Positions 1 to 11,590 of a stretch of DNA of 20,000 nucleotides are shown here, piece by piece. The translations under genes were made by a program, and so were the position numbers. This DNA comes from Welwitschia mirabilis (taxonomy: Eukaryota), in the NCBI GenBank assembly GCA_051453625.1, contig JBOZIK010000001.1, positions 10,242,986 through 10,262,985 on the forward strand. The letters are read 5' to 3'. Each line of letters opens with the position of its first letter. The first letter of the stretch is position 1. The notes under the pieces were generated by a model that was not told where the DNA came from, did no database searches, and saw only the letters and a list, made by a program, of their open reading frames with translations.

Positions 1-725
1 AACTAAACTTGATATTCTTTAGCTACTTTTGAATTTGCAAGGATTTACTGATTTATACTCTTGTTTATCTTAGTAAAATATTCACCCAAAATTATTTAAA
101 TAAATAAGGCCTTACCTTGTTTTCATCATGTCTCATTTATTCATAGAATGCATAATAGGGCTTGTTATTTTATTCATCCATTTCATTACATTTTTATTTA
201 CCTTTATCAATTTACCAAAACATAATCCTTTTTTTCCTTATATAAAAAGACATACTAAGAAATACATTGTGATTTTTATGATTTGACCCATCAAATATGT
301 CTTGGTCTAAGGTAAAATCGATCTAAATCATTGATAAAATCTAGTCATTTAATAGCCCTCATTCTATCCATTTTCTATAAAAATCTATAAATTTTTAAGC
401 ATTTTCACTGAGCACTTATAGTTTTTATGACCTTCATGCTACTACAATTCTCCTTGAATTTCTATTACCTATGTCTCTGGATTCTACTAATACCAACATC
501 TTCCCTCACTAGTAGTGCCATCTATTTTTCTCCTATTGTGTCTAACTTTCTCTTATACATCTATTTCAGCTTCCTCCTAGTCTTCAGTGCATTGGTGAGC
601 TTATTTTTACACTTGAAATTCACCTTTTTTCTTTCACTTTATTTTTCACATTTTTAACTTTTACTCTCATTTTTCTTTGATTTCCATTTCTTTTTCTTTT
701 TTTAACTCTATTATTTTAGGCCAAC

Positions 726-1780
726 ATGAGTGGAAGAGAAGGACTCTTTTTGGAAGACGAAAGATTCACATCATTTCTTACTTTATTTTTACCCTTCTAT
801 CTTAATAGAATTCAATTAAGAAATTGGAACTATTCATTAAAGGAATATGGTACTTACCACTTTTCAAAGGCTATTTTGGAGTTCTACTGGCATGAAATAA
901 TAGATAAATATGACCCCTAGGTAATTCATTCCTCTCTTCATCACACTTCCTTTATTAGTTACCTTAATGATATAGAATCTTTATGAGGAGTTAAATATCA
1001 TCATAACTTAGCTTATATGATTATTAAATCTATTCGCTATTATTATGATGCATTTAATTTTGAGTATGCACTAAATAGGGAAGGATCCTTACCTTGAAAA
1101 TACCTTTACAAAAACCAACTTGCACTTTTTAAATTCATCATTTGAAATGTCTTGTCCATATCTCATGTAAATAATGTATAGATACTCATCTTGACTTGAT
1201 TAGAATTATCCAAGATATCAAATCCTTTAACATGATCAAATGTCTCTTTACTACTATAGCAAATAATATGGGATACAAGTGTAATCTGCTATTCCCTTAT
1301 TTCATTTTAGATGTGATCTATAACACCATAGATCATACTTTAAACTTTAAGGGATAGAAAAAGACATTCATAGAAACCATTATCCCTAAAATGAAAACCC
1401 AACTTAGTAAGTGTAAGAATTAAGATTGGATTTAAAGGGACATGTAAGAGATTTAAGAAGAAGAACATACCCAAAGAACTACTCCTTTTCAAGCTCCTTA
1501 TTCTTCCTACTCTTCACCCACTACAGAAATAAAAGAAAAATATTCTATCAGTGAATCCTTTCATACCAATTATTCCCTACCTTATTTTTCTCATCCTTCC
1601 ACTACTCATAGACATTCTTCCACTACTTTAAGTGATACTTTTTTGGAGAAATTACCAAATCTCAAAGAACTTGAATTTGAAATTTATGGGATAATATGAA
1701 AAATATTACAAATAAATAAAAGAAAATGTCCAAGAAACAAGAAGATATAAATGAAAAGTTAGAAATATTAGCTTCTCATA
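726..1780 (+). pseudogene. Decayed 3' extra ORF ('env-like'/putative plant transposon protein) of an Athila-like LTR retrotransposon (family A)
   Basis: ORF 726-920 contains W..(x)n..AILEFY, resembling the LV.EFY motif. After stops and frameshifts, ~1115-1330 reads NQLALFKFII*NVLSISHVNNV / THLDLIRIIQDIKSFNMIKCLFTTIANNMGYKCNLLFPYFILDV. This resembles the 'FI...LLP.SH...V...N...I...L.FP.LI' pattern of this family. A Ser/Pro-rich, then charged, tail follows. It lies ~1 kb upstream of a PPT+LTR, the expected position. The 3' boundary is approximate. Confidence 0.65.
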
Positions 1781-3187
1781 GAAGATTCATGGATTTAATT
1801 TCTCTCTTTATCTCTCTTTTATTTTACCATTTCTCATCTACACATTTTTAGTTTTTTAAGTTGCATTATGCTTGCATATTACTTTGTTATAATGACTTTT
1901 GTACTTAATAAAAAATCTATATGAATTCCTATTTTTATAAATCTAGTTTTGATTCTGAACTAAACTTTACTATACACATTCTAACTCAGATTCAAGGCTT
2001 TAAAACATAATGTTTGAAATGTAACTATTAATAGAGTTCGCTCCTTCAACTTCCCTAATTGGCACTGCTATCTTAACATGTATAAATAATTTCCTTTTGA
2101 TACAGATTTTCTACATTCAATTTTTAATTTTTCTAGCACTTGAGTATCTATAAAAAATTTATAAAAACTATTGATTTAAATTAATCACCTAATTCTTCAT
2201 TTCAAAATCATCATATTCCATTTTTATTCTTCATTCTTTTTTAGCCATTTGTGGATCATTTGTATAGCACACAGTTTACATTTAGAGATATAAATCATTA
2301 CAATAAAAATTCATTTTGATTACTAGTCTTTTATTTACATTAGTTTGCATTTTATATTTTCTAATTTAATCATGCATTGCATACTTTATTTTCAGTAATT
2401 TTTCTTTTTATCTCATTATAGACTACATTATCACATGCATCATTCATTCCTCATTGATTTGACATCTATTTTTTCATCTTTAATAACTTTAAAGAAAAAG
2501 TTTAGCTTTGGTTGGAATGAATGGCATTTATGCTTGAATATCTATCTTTCATGTTTTAGTCTTTTGCTTAAGTGTACTTTTAGATCACATTAGCCAATTT
2601 TTTTTCAAAATACTTTTATCTTTTTATACTTTATTGATTTGATTTCTAATTTTTCTCATGTTACCTAATCTTTTAATACATATTTTTTGCTAAGTGACTA
2701 GCAAGATATTGGTTGCTGGATATGATAGCATGTCAAAATTGATATTTATACCAAGGAATTTAGGCCTTGTTAGCATGCTTAATTTATTTTCATGATAGTT
2801 TTATATATTTATTATGCTTAAGGCCATGAAAATCTATCATTACTACTAATCTATCTTAACACTATCATTTTATAGAATATTTACATCATCTAGGATATTA
2901 TGACAGAAGCAGGATGTATGCCAAGAAATATTAACGATAGTACCTATTTTAAGAGTAGAAACTCTAGTTATTATGATAAAAATAAATTCATACTTATGTT
3001 TTTAAACATTCGCAATGCAAGAAATTCATTTCAAGTGTGTCCACAAAAATAACATATATTGAAAATATTTTCTAATAAGAATCCCTTAATTTGATTCCAT
3101 GACTAAAGGATGATCGTGTATACTTTGAGAATTCTAAAGAATGATCTCATTAGGTCTTTAAAACCATAATTATAAATATAATTCTAG

Positions 3188-3197
3188 CCTATAAATA
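3188..3197 (+). promoter_or_regulatory. LTR TATA box (family A); equivalent copies at 5031-5040 and 15270-15279
   Basis: CCTATAAATA is perfectly conserved ~445-465 nt after the LTR start in all three otherwise diverged family A LTRs. Confidence 0.7.
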
Positions 3198-3281
3198 TTC
3201 TATCTCACTTTACTTGAAAATAATTATATCATTGTTATATTACACAAGAGATTGAATCTTTAGTCATGTATTATTTCTAAG

Positions 3282-3694
3282 TGTTGAGATGCCAAATTGT
3301 ATGTACTTAATAGGGTACTCTAAGTAATTTTGTAAGACATTTAGATAGGTTTAGATTGATTTTTGATAATAATGGATAGTAATGTAATGATCACATAAAT
3401 GTATAATCTTTAACACATTTGAAGGCATTTTAGATGAATTCTGATACTTAGCGTTATGAAGAGGAATTTGATGATTGAAGAGGATAATTTAACTTAATGG
3501 AAGAAATTAAAAGACTCTTGTTTCCTCCATAGTTTGGATAATAGTACTGGATGATAGTAAGAGAAAGTTGATAAGCATGCTGACTGGACTGAGTTGGAAG
3601 CTAATGTGGAAATATTCTAATGTAGCATCATCTCAATCATCATCCAAATGATAATTAGGATGACACTACACCTAAATTTATAACTGATGCACCA
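3282..3694 (+). mobile_element. Family B LTR, 5' portion, nested inside the family A LTR and truncated by an assembly gap
   Basis: It starts TGTTGAGATGCCAAATTGT and is colinear with the reverse complement of 13460->13055 and 8770->8430 (e.g. GACATTTAGATAG, GAAGGCATTTTAG, CTGGACTGA, CATCATC..ATCATCATCCAAATGA). Confidence 0.8.
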
Positions 3695-3794
3695 NNNNNN
3701 NNNNNNNNNNNNNNNNNNNNNNNNNNNNNNNNNNNNNNNNNNNNNNNNNNNNNNNNNNNNNNNNNNNNNNNNNNNNNNNNNNNNNNNNNNNNNN
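3695..3794. other. Assembly gap (100 N, size probably unknown)
   Basis: Run of exactly 100 N. Confidence 0.99.
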
Positions 3795-5684
3795 AAATAA
3801 ACTTCTATTTATATAAATTTGGTTGTAATTCTAAACTAGCACTTAATTACAAATGTTTCAATTCAGTTTTAAGGCTTTAAAACATAAGATCTAAGGTATA
3901 ACTCTTGATAGACTCAGTGTTGCCAACCTCCCTAACTAGTGATGCCATCTTAACCTATACAATTAGATTCCTCACATTTTCTATGTTCTTAGCACTCAGA
4001 TCTTTATTAAAAATTTATAGAAATTAACTGATTCATGTTCATCACTCACTTCTCTATTCCAAAAGCATCACATTCATGTCTCATTCTTCTTTATTTTTCA
4101 ATTATTTTTTAATCATTTATGTGATCATACATTTCAGATTTAGAAATTTAAGTCATTACAATTAAAAAATTATTTTAATTTTTAGTCTTTCATTTGCATT
4201 ATGTTGCATTCCATGTTCTAGTTTAACAATGCATTACAAAGTTGTTTTGTATTAATTTTGTTTCTAAGATCATTTTAGGCTATATTATCACATGCATCAT
4301 TCATTCCTCATTCTATTTGCATTTACTTTCTCGTCTTTTAGACTCTGAGTATAAATTTTAGCTTTAGTTGGAATTTGCACCTAAGTACCACCTTTCATGC
4401 TTTATTCTTTTGCTTAAGTGTAATTTCAGAATATATGGGCCTAAATGTTTTCAAAACCCTTCATCTTTTTATATTTCACTAAGTTGAGTTGCAATTTTTT
4501 CCATGTTAACCAATCTTTTCACATATCTTTTTCATTAAGGAACTAGCAAAAGATTAATTATGGGCTATGATAACATGCAAAACTTGACATTTACATATAG
4601 GAATTAAGGCCTTCTTAGCATGCTTAATTGATCATCATAATGATTTTATATTTATTAAGCTTAATGCCATGGAAATCTAGTTTTATAAATAATCTACCTT
4701 AACACCATCATTTTATAGGATAAATTGTCATCTAGAGTATTATGGCAAAAGATGCACATGTATTGAGAATAATTAGTGGTGGCTCTAGTTCTAAGAGTGT
4801 TGACATTAGTTACTTTGATTAGAATAGTACCATACTTTTTCTTTCATGTTTTCTTAATGTCAGTAATCCATTTTGACCATTTTCACAAATAGAAAGTAAA
4901 TGAAAGATATTTTCGAAGAAGAACCCCTTAAGTTGACCCCATGACTAAAGAATAATCCAATAAAATTTGTGCATTCTAAAGGGTGCTTCCATTATGTCCT
5001 TAGCACTCTAATTATAAACCCTAATTATGGCCTATAAATATCCTCCCTCTCTTTACTTCAAAGATATCATATCATTACAGGAAATATTAGGGTTTCAATC
5101 ATGAGTTCTTTCTAAGTCTTTCATAGTAATGGGCTAACTACCAAGCTAGCATGATACTCCTTAGTTTAGCATGAGTACATTTTCATATTGTATACTTTTA
5201 CTTTTCTAATAATAAAGTGTTACATGTTCTTGGTGCACTACTTTAATATTAAGTTGTAATTGTTTCATACTTATAAAGGGCTATAAGAATCAAAGGGACT
5301 AAGTAATTTATCAAAATTCATGTGGTAAAAGAGCTTATGTTACCATGATCTAGGCCTTAAAATTACTTAACAATTTTATAATTATTTTAGAAAATTAGAG
5401 GACATTATATAAGTGAAAGTTTTATAGGTTAAACAATTCAAGATAAACCTCTAAAGTCAGTGTGCTTTTCTACTTCAATAATAGAGTTTAAATTCATCTT
5501 AAATCTTGTTTTTAATTTCTGTTTTGATTTTTTACATGTTAGAGAATGTTATGTTTACTCTCTTTAGTCCTACCTTGAATTATCCTTATAGAAGAATAAA
5601 ATTGAGTGCTTACCTAGGTTTATTTTAGTTCACTTTTACTATAAGAAACACACATTCATCCTGCAAATACTTGGCACTTGATCG
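3795..5684 (+). mobile_element. Family A copy 2: 3'UTR + PPT + LTR (~4568-5684)
   Basis: It shares exact words with copy 1: AAGGCTTTAAAACATAA (1994-2010 / 3871-3887) and ATTATCACATGCATCATTCATTCCTCATT (2427-2455 / 4284-4312). The junction is AAGGAACTAGCAAAAGATTAATTATGGGCTA|TGATAACATGC at 4568. The end TTGGCACTTGATCG (5671-5684) resembles a decayed terminal inverted repeat. Confidence 0.78.
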
Positions 5685-5709
5685 ATGAACTTGATTTAGT
5701 GACTTCTTT

Positions 5710-5731
5710 TTTTATTTTATTTTATTTTATT
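5710..5731 (+). repeat. (TTTTA)n microsatellite in a pyrimidine-rich tract
   Basis: TTTTATTTTATTTTATTTTATT read directly. Confidence 0.8.
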
Positions 5732-6005
5732 CTTCTTTTCTTTCTTTGTTTTCTTTTCTTTTATTTTTTTCTTTGTAAATATTATCTGGAATAGTATATC
5801 AAATATTTTTACAGGGGCTAATCCTTTTTTAGGTTTAAATAAAAGACAAAAAAATAATCAGAAAAAATTCTTTATTCTCTCCATTTTTCTCTTCACCATC
5901 TTCCTATCTCTTCTTCCCTTTTATATCTCAACTGAGTTTCTTAGTAAATAATTGAAGATAAATTTGAAGAGAATCATTATTAGCAAAGCTTAAGAAAGTC
6001 TTTTA

Positions 6006-7257
6006 TGTCATGGTATGAATTTATGCAATCTTTAAGTCCTTAGGCAAAACCTGTAAATCATAATACTTGCAAAAAGATACATGCTACTATAGAACAAAGT
6101 CAACCCGAATGCTATAATCCATTAAAGTCATTAGGCTAGAAGTTAGAGAATTGATTTCATAAAGTATTTTTAGTATTTTTACTTTAGTAAATGAAAATAA
6201 TAAGCAACGCAAATGTAATGTAAAATAAATGACGATAAAATGAAATTGGATGAATGCAAGTGTAATGAGTCTATTTGAATTCCAATCCTTCTGTCATAAG
6301 AATTAGCCTTTATAACTTAGATTAATTAGCAAGAGTTATCACTTGTCTATAACCAACATAATATATAAGATATTTCAAACAGAATGTGAGATACAAATAT
6401 GGAAATGAAATAAAATAAAATAAAATAAAATGCAAGATCTAAACTAATAATTTCAACATTAGCAAAGGTTTTTCTTATGATCTAGATAAACTATGAGGCT
6501 ATCACCAAATCATAATTAACTTAAATTATAAGAGAGATTGGCACAGCATAAGTGAAAAGAGTTCTTGAATTAATGATTAACTTAACATCCACTTATGACA
6601 AAGTAGTAGCATCTTAATGAAGGATACTCAACCCAACACCAAAGAAATCTTCTCTCTATAGCTAATGGATGGACTTCTTGTCATTTAATCTTCTATCACA
6701 AGAATATATGATACAAAATATTAAATGAAATTAAAGGCAAAAGGGGGTAATTATAGTTTTACATTGATGTTCTAAAAGTAAAACTTATAAGTTAGAGAAG
6801 AAACCCTAGCAATTGACATGGGCTGCATGACCCCATTATAAAGATAATTCACTTCCGTTCATACAAAATACTTTTCATCCTGACTATAATGGGATGATAC
6901 TAGGGACAATTCTCTACAAGAAGAGGTAAGTCATTAGCTCAGACCTCATAGTCAACTTCATAGTTTTAGTCCATGTTAGTAGTACTATCGTCTTGATTAT
7001 AAAGAGATGATAGAAGGGATGACAAGACTCTTTATTTTTCAGCTTAAGAGAATTAGTCTTTTACATTATTAATTTTTTATTCAAGGCATAGAGTATTAGA
7101 ATGTATCTAAGCTATCTCCAAATATACCAATAATTGCATGTTTAGCGATCATTCCATTAATTCTCCATAATCATAGAATTACATTTAAACCTAGATAAAT
7201 TTCCTATAAAAGTACTCAAAATACCCTATCAAAATCCTAAAAATTAACATCACAACA
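6006..7257 (-). mobile_element. Family B LTR (3' LTR, 1252 bp)
   Basis: On the + strand it begins TGTCATGGTATG and ends CATCACAACA. It is colinear with, and the same length as, 12209-13460. A PPT-like tract is adjacent at 7258-7271. Confidence 0.82.
6408..6431 (+). repeat. (AAAAT)n microsatellite within the LTR
   Basis: AAATAAAATAAAATAAAATAAAAT read directly. Confidence 0.8.
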
Positions 7258-8090
7258 TAGCCTCCTACTTAGCCTTGTTAGTATCTAATAAAGTAAGTGA
7301 TAAATAATATTGCAAGCTAATTTGATCAAGATAAATAGTAACTAGGAAAATGAAAATTGAGTTTAAAAATATTTATCATGTAGGATTAAATATAAGTAAT
7401 ATAAGATCTTTGTAGGATGCATAATAGATATGTCGTCCTGTATGTTATTGGGATGGTAATGGGGATGACAAGATTGGGAAATTAGAACCAAAGTTAGATG
7501 CCTGCAAACATGATCATCATAGAAATACAAGTACTAACATCTTTGTTAGCCCTGTACTTAAAATTTTTAACACATCATAATATAAAAAATGAATGTCAAA
7601 CACAATAATAGTTATAAGATGTAACAGTGATAGCTTTANNNNNNNNNNNNNNNNNNNCATAATCCAAGATAGTGATATCATAACTAATATTTATAAACTA
7701 AGTAGTAATAACTCATAATGATGTATACAAATCCATTAGTAAGTTTTAAATATATTCTACAAGGGAAAAATTCAAGAAAGGAATAATTATAATAATATTA
7801 CTTTCCTTGTTCATGGTCTCTTAAGTATCCTGAATCACACTTACAAGAAAGTTCTATAATTGTGCTACTGTGGCTTGCTAAATAATGTCCATAGTGCATA
7901 CCATACAAGTAATATGAAATCATATATTAATCAGTGCACCATATGTATGCATCATGAAATCTTCAAAATGATCCTCATAAATAAGAATTTTACTCAATAT
8001 CTCAGAGATAACTCAAAAATATGTTTTGCTCCTCCTCCTCCCCCACCCCCCGACTTCTCCCCCACACCCCAACCCCAAACCTTTGCCACC
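7258..8090 (-). mobile_element. Family B PPT and 3' internal region (contains a 19-N gap at 7639-7657)
   Basis: The minus strand reads ...ACTAACAAGGCTAAGTAGGAGGCTA|TGTTGTGATG. It is colinear with 8771-9545 (shared TCTATAATTGTGCTACT 7853-7869/9361-9377 and CTTGCTAAATAATGTCCAT 7874-7892/9383-9401). Confidence 0.8.
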
Positions 8091-8190
8091 NNNNNNNNNN
8101 NNNNNNNNNNNNNNNNNNNNNNNNNNNNNNNNNNNNNNNNNNNNNNNNNNNNNNNNNNNNNNNNNNNNNNNNNNNNNNNNNNNNNNNNNN
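8091..8190. other. Assembly gap (100 N, size probably unknown)
   Basis: Run of exactly 100 N. Confidence 0.99.
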
Positions 8191-8770
8191 TAAGAAAATC
8201 TTCTTTCTATAGCTAATGGATGAACCTCTTGTCTTTTAATCTTCTGTCACAAGAATATTTAGCATAAAAGATGGAAATTGAAGTAAAGACCAAGGGGGGT
8301 ATTTATAGTTTTACATTAAAGTTCTAAAAGAAAAACTCTAGAAGTTTGAGAAGAAATCCTAGTAACCCACATAGACCACTTGATCCCATTATAAAGATAA
8401 TTTACTTCCATTCATATAAAATAGTTATTATTCTATCTGTCACAAGGATGATACTAGAAACGATACTCCAAAAGAAGAGATGAGCCATCAGCTTCAAATT
8501 TCATAGTCAAGTCTACAATTTTAGTCCATGTCAGTAGTATTATCATGTTGATTATAGTGGAGACGACAGAGGGCATGATAGAACTCTTTATCTTTTTAGC
8601 TTACGAGAAATCAGTCTTTTGCATTATTAATATTTCCATCAAAACACAAAGTATTAGAATATGCCTAAAATGCCTTCAAATATGATTAGAATTACATCTA
8701 AACCTATATAAATGTCTTGTAAAAGTACTTAAAATGCCCCATTGAAATATTACAAATTTGCATCACAACA
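8191..8770 (-). mobile_element. Family B 3' LTR (truncated by the gap)
   Basis: It is colinear with 6640-7257 and ends TGCATCACAACA, the exact reverse complement of TGTTGTGATGCA at 12209. The TATA box CTATAAATA is on the - strand at 8300-8308. Confidence 0.82.
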
Positions 8771-8785
8771 TAGTCCCCTACTTAG
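8771..8785 (-). promoter_or_regulatory. Polypurine tract (plus-strand primer site) of the family B element
   Basis: Minus strand CTAAGTAGGGGACTA lies immediately before the TGTTG LTR start, with an equivalent at 7258-7271. Confidence 0.7.
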
Positions 8786-9196
8786 CCTTGTGAGTCTCCT
8801 ATAAAGTAAGTGATCAATAATATTACGAGCCAACTTAACCTTGATAACCAGCAACTAGGAAAAATGTAAATTGAATTAAAAAATATTTATCACATAGGAA
8901 TAAACATCAAAAACTAATTAATTAACACAATAGCTCTGTATGATACATAATAGATATGTTGTCCTGCCTATCATCTGGACAACAATGAGGACAACAATAC
9001 TTATAAAATCAGAATAAAAGTCAAATGCCTATAACATAAGTATCAAAAAAATCCAAGTCTTGAAATCTTCATTATTCCCCTACTTGAAACGTTTAACACA
9101 ATACAAGATAACAATTAAATGTTATACATAATAATCATCATAAGGTATAATAATGATGATCTAGAAAATGATGAAATGTATGCATAATTAAAATAG

Positions 9197-9242
9197 TAAT
9201 AACTCAAAATGATGTGTATTAATAACTCAAAATGATGTGTAT
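9197..9242 (+). repeat. Perfect 23-bp tandem duplication
   Basis: TAATAACTCAAAATGATGTGTAT x2. The homologous site at ~7706-7728 has a single unit. Confidence 0.92.
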
Positions 9243-10099
9243 GAATGAATCATAGAGTTCAAAAGAACAGTCTATAAGGGGTGAAATACAAAGAATAATC
9301 ATAACATTACTTCCTTATCCTTGATCTTCTAAATATTCTAAATTACAGTTACAAGAAAACTCTATAATTGTGCTACTATGATCTTGCTAAATAATGTCCA
9401 TGATGAAAATTATATAAGTAATATGAAATCATATTCAAATAATTTCATCATAACTATGTATCGTGAAAGCTAAAAAATGATCCTTAAAATTAAAAATTTT
9501 ACTTAATATCATAGAAGTAGCTCAAAAAGATGTCTTTCCCTCCTCCACAGGTAAACCAATACATCCCATATTGCAATAGTATCAAAAAGATTGCTATCGT
9601 CCTCGCTATCATCCAAACAACAAGCATGGAATAATGCTTATCAAAGGAGATTTTTGAAAAATAGAAAAGACCAGAAAAAGTATGATAAGTGAGGGTAGTA
9701 ATAGTTGAGTAGGAGAAAAGCATCAGAAAATTAGGAAGATGGTTAAAAGTGAAGGATCATCGTCAAAAATAATGATCATGATGAAAATAGACTTATATGA
9801 AAAGGACTTAAGGAGAAAATGATGAATGTTCTGGTTTGATAAAATAGGAATTATTGGAGTTGGTCAAACAAATCTTCAAAATAAGTACTAGTAATGGTCC
9901 TCGTTTACTACTATCAATACTTCTAAGAGCTATGAGTACCTAGAGGATTTTGATACTTTTAATAAATTGAATGGAATAAGACACACATCTATGTTTTGAA
10001 AATCCTTAAAAATAAAGTTACATGATCAAACTATCATAAAAAGATAATCTAAGCTAACTCAAATATGTCCATTTGTTTTTTTGAATAAAAAGTACTAAA

Positions 10100-10400
10100 C
10101 CTCTTTAAGCAAGCTCTTCCTTCTTTATCTATCTTTATTTGCATCCACATATACCTATCCAAGATAAATTCATGAGGAAGTGATATCTCTTTAGGATCCA
10201 CTCCAGCATTTAGAAGTTGATTGATTGATAAAGAGAGATGGATTTGGTGCCTTGTTCAAGATAGAGAACTAAGCCCTAACAACCTAGCTAAATGATAATT
10301 TAACATTGATTCTACTTATTGAAACTAAGCTAATTTTGGATCAGCTTTGTGATAATTAAACCAACCAACAAATAACATTAGTACCAATAATAGGACCATA
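10100..10400 (-). pseudogene. Possible C-terminal remnant of the Athila-type extra ORF in family B
   Basis: Minus-strand fragments read RINVKIII*...NPSLFINQ / [17 protein letters not shown], similar to the 'INVG.II...FPSLIT.LC..AGV' pattern. Frameshifts are required. A pyrimidine-rich (Ser/Pro-coding-like) stretch follows, as in family A. Confidence 0.4.
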
Positions 10401-11590
10401 ATAATGCACTAAGTAGAAACAAGAAAGACTCAGAAGAACTCCTCAGATATGCTCGAACTTAGTAAGCATGTAAAAGTAAGAGCGAAACTCAAAAGATAAA
10501 GTATCATCGTCACTTGTTAAAAAGTTCTAAAAGTAAAAAAACAAATCCTATGAATAAAAAATTTGAGTAATATCAACAAGAAACTACTAAATGATCAAAT
10601 CTCAAATATTATGTTGAAAAGATATCAAAATAACTTTAAAAATCCCAATAAAATAGCTAAATCAAAACAAAAGTAAACATGAAAAACTAGAGACATAAAG
10701 AAGATTATTTGCCTATCCTAAATTATAACCTAACAAATTCCGTTGGTAAAAATCATAAAATCACCTTATGAAAAATGCATGACATTATGTAAAAACTCAT
10801 AAAGTACTATTCAAATAGGCAATGACTATGATGATGTCAAGTATGTCTACTGTTGTCAAAAATGAATGGTAAGATCAAAAGATGCTTAAACATGAACCCA
10901 TTAGCTCACACATCAAACCAACACTAGAATCTAGAAAAGTAGAATAATCATGTGGAAGCACTATAGGCAAAGTGAGTCTAGAAAATAAGCAATGCCTCTA
11001 ATGACATGAGGAACATCACTAATTCCATAGTCTTAAATGACAATAATTATTTCTCCATGATGAGGAGAGTGTAGCCACTATCACAAGAGTAAGTACTCAC
11101 ATAGCATGGCTAACTAACCCCCCAGTGGAGTTCCCACAGCTATGATATCACACTTCCAAATGTCCCTCTTAGGAAAACATGTCCAATGTGCTTGTGGTAG
11201 AACATCATGTTTTAGTTAGATAAAAAGATACTTCTTCTTCTTTTTCTCTTCTTTTTGTTTTTCAATGACAATAATGTGAAATGACCAAGTACTTATAAGG
11301 ATAAGAGTAAAGTAATGAAATGAGAAATAAGTAAGAGAATGCATAAATAGCTAAATACGAATGTCTTAAATTGGCAGAATCCAATATTATCATTTTAAAA
11401 TGCCCAAGTAAAATGATTACTAATCATGGTAACTTCATAAAGTAATACATACATCAAGTTAAAGATGTTTAAGTGATAGCATGATGTTTATCCTAGGAAT
11501 CAGTTAAGAAGGAATTTAGAAAATGATAGGAGAAAAGTCCTCCTCATTAAGTGGGGCTTCTAAGACAAGTTCTTCTATGATGTTCAAGGT

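Larger units (their letters stand above)
1..3281 (+). mobile_element. 3' part of Athila-like Ty3/gypsy element, family A copy 1 (extra ORF, 3'UTR, PPT, LTR 2723-3281 interrupted by a nested insertion)
   Basis: The junction TTTTGCTAAGTGACTAGCAAGATATTGGTTGCTGGATA|TGATAGCATG at 2723 resembles the Athila 'TTGCT.G.GGAC.AGCA....GGGG|TGAT' PPT-LTR junction. 1920-3281 is colinear with 3795-5116. The left boundary is not visible. Confidence 0.75.

Noticed and set aside
427..657. 76-aa hydrophobic ORF
   Set aside because: The F/L/S-rich translation comes from T-rich low-complexity retroelement sequence. It has no recognisable motif.
5671..5690. TTGGCACTTG... as a PBS (would imply a shared-LTR tandem element)
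   Set aside because: It matches the tRNA-Asp PBS poorly. It is better explained as the LTR terminal inverted repeat, matching the end of copy 3 (TTTGGCATGTATGA).
7860..8216. ORFs 7860-8216 and 8021-8212 with poly-Pro
   Set aside because: They are open only because they run through a C-rich contig end and a 100-N gap.
9499..9723. 74-aa minus-strand ORF
   Set aside because: It lies in the retroelement 3' region, has no motif, and its length is compatible with chance.
11057..11150. ATGATGA as a C/D snoRNA box C
   Set aside because: There is no downstream CTGA box D with a terminal stem, and the motif sits in a hairpin loop inside a retroelement.
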